From Spirogloea muscicola (Eukaryota): 64,000 nucleotides of DNA. The stretch covers positions 803,502-867,501 of the forward strand of contig WELB01000021.1 in NCBI GenBank assembly GCA_009602725.1, written 5' to 3'. The notes under the pieces are model-generated. The model did not search any database. It was given only the letters and a program-made list of their open reading frames with translations, and was not told the DNA's origin. This document shows, piece after piece, positions 62,778 to 64,000 of this stretch. The stretch's first letter is position 1. Each line of letters starts with the position of its first letter. A program made the translations under genes and the position numbers.

Positions 62778-64000
62778 GCTAAATAGAGAGAAGGGCTAGC
62801 CCATTGAGAGAAGAAGGGCTCGCCCATTGAGGATAGGGGCTGGAAAACGCCAGCCCAAAAAAGAATGAACAAAGGACGAGAAGGGGCCAGGGGAAGTACG
62901 AAGATCAACAAGCACAAAAAAGAAACGAAGCAGCTACGAAGCACCCAGTAACCCCTACTAAGCAACCTCAGGTCAGAGAGACTGGGTTCCTGGAAGCGGG
63001 TCCCCTGGCCAGAGCCAGAGGCAGCAGCGAGGGCTCTGCCTGCACGCAGGTGCAGCGCGCGGGCCATAGACCTCTGCAGCGAGACGGCCAAGCGCATGCG
63101 GTACACCTGCGCTAGCGACCCTGCTGCATGGGAGTCCGCCGGCTCCCCATAAAAGCGGCGGACAATGGCGTGGCGTAAGAGCTGGTTGAGCAGCTCGAGC
63201 CACCGAGCGCCCAGCGCCCCGTGCGTATCGATTGCGAGCGGGAAGAACTCGTCTTCCCGCGGGTGATCTGCGTATTTAGCTCCTTGGCCGGCGCGGCGCA
63301 GGCTACCGCATACCCAGCCTTGGTGGCACACTGGGTTGGGTGTGAGCGGTCATATGAGTCCGTGGTCACCACGTCCAGGAGAAGACGTGGCCCGCCTGCT
63401 GGTGGGGTGGCCACAAGGTTGACGCGACGAGCGTGGAGACCGTCGGCCCGTTGCTGGAGCGGCATGACCACGGAGTTCTCGGCTGCCACCGAGAAGCCAG
63501 CCTCCACAAGGATGCCATGCGTCGCATCCCGGAGATGGTCATGAGCCGCTGTCCGCTCTCCGCCATGGGAATAGCGCAGAACATGAGCGGCCAGCTCCCC
63601 AGGCTCGGCCCCTCGCTCGCCACATTCACACTGTTGCACACCCTGGAGACATGGCGGCGGCAGGCCCAGGAGCCGGTGGACGGCACTGCGGAACACCTCG
63701 TCCGGGAGTGTGAGGGCTTCAGTGAGGGGGAGGGCCTGGAGCCACGCCGCGGCCCCCGGGGAGGAGGCCGAGTGGAATCGCGCGCGCCCGCGCAGGTCGG
63801 CCTCCGGGAGCTGCAGCAAGGTGGTGGTGAAGGCTGCCTTGTCCATGGCGGCTGCAAAGCGCGCTTAGACGCGCAGGTCGGCGGTGTGCGCGAGGTGCGC
63901 GAAGGAGACCGCCTGGCCCGCCAGGTCCGGGTGCACTGCGAGCAGCTCCTGGTCGGCGGAGCGTAGCGACGCCTGGAAAGGCAGCACACCCGTTTCTACC
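62778..64000 (-). mobile_element. CRE-like non-LTR retrotransposon, relatively intact 3' part, running off the window end
   Basis: SASSPGAAAWL, HRLLGLPPPCL, CECG..AHVLR, AHDHLRDA, RRVNLVA...LLLDVVT, KYADHP...LAIDTHGALG, RLAVSLQRS...FQEPSLSDLRLLSRGY, then UTR. One frameshift near 63280. Confidence 0.9.

Overview
Eukaryotic nuclear DNA (GT-AG introns of about 130-200 bp, overall GC-rich). The DUF579 genes point to a streptophyte, probably an alga (inference). The window is mostly decayed genes and retroelements. (1) Many 5'-truncated or internally deleted CRE-clade-like non-LTR retrotransposons (RT thumb, CCHC knuckle, restriction-like endonuclease) and dozens of isolated copies of their 3' stem-loop. 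These pile up just upstream of GC-rich gene starts, often tail-to-tail. (2) Two disrupted DUF579 (GXM/AGM/IRX15) methyltransferase-family genes. (3) At least six, possibly 8-9, copies of an unrecognised intron-containing family sharing a phase-0 amphipathic-helix exon, an (A/L)W(F/Y/L)P exon and C-terminal Cys-rich fingers, plus a TIR-like fragment. (4) One clearly intact gene: a two-exon, secreted PstS/DING-superfamily phosphate-binding protein (38471-39640) followed by an abrupt AT-rich island. No rRNA, convincing tRNA or CRISPR array. Repeat and pseudogene boundaries were estimated by eye and are approximate.
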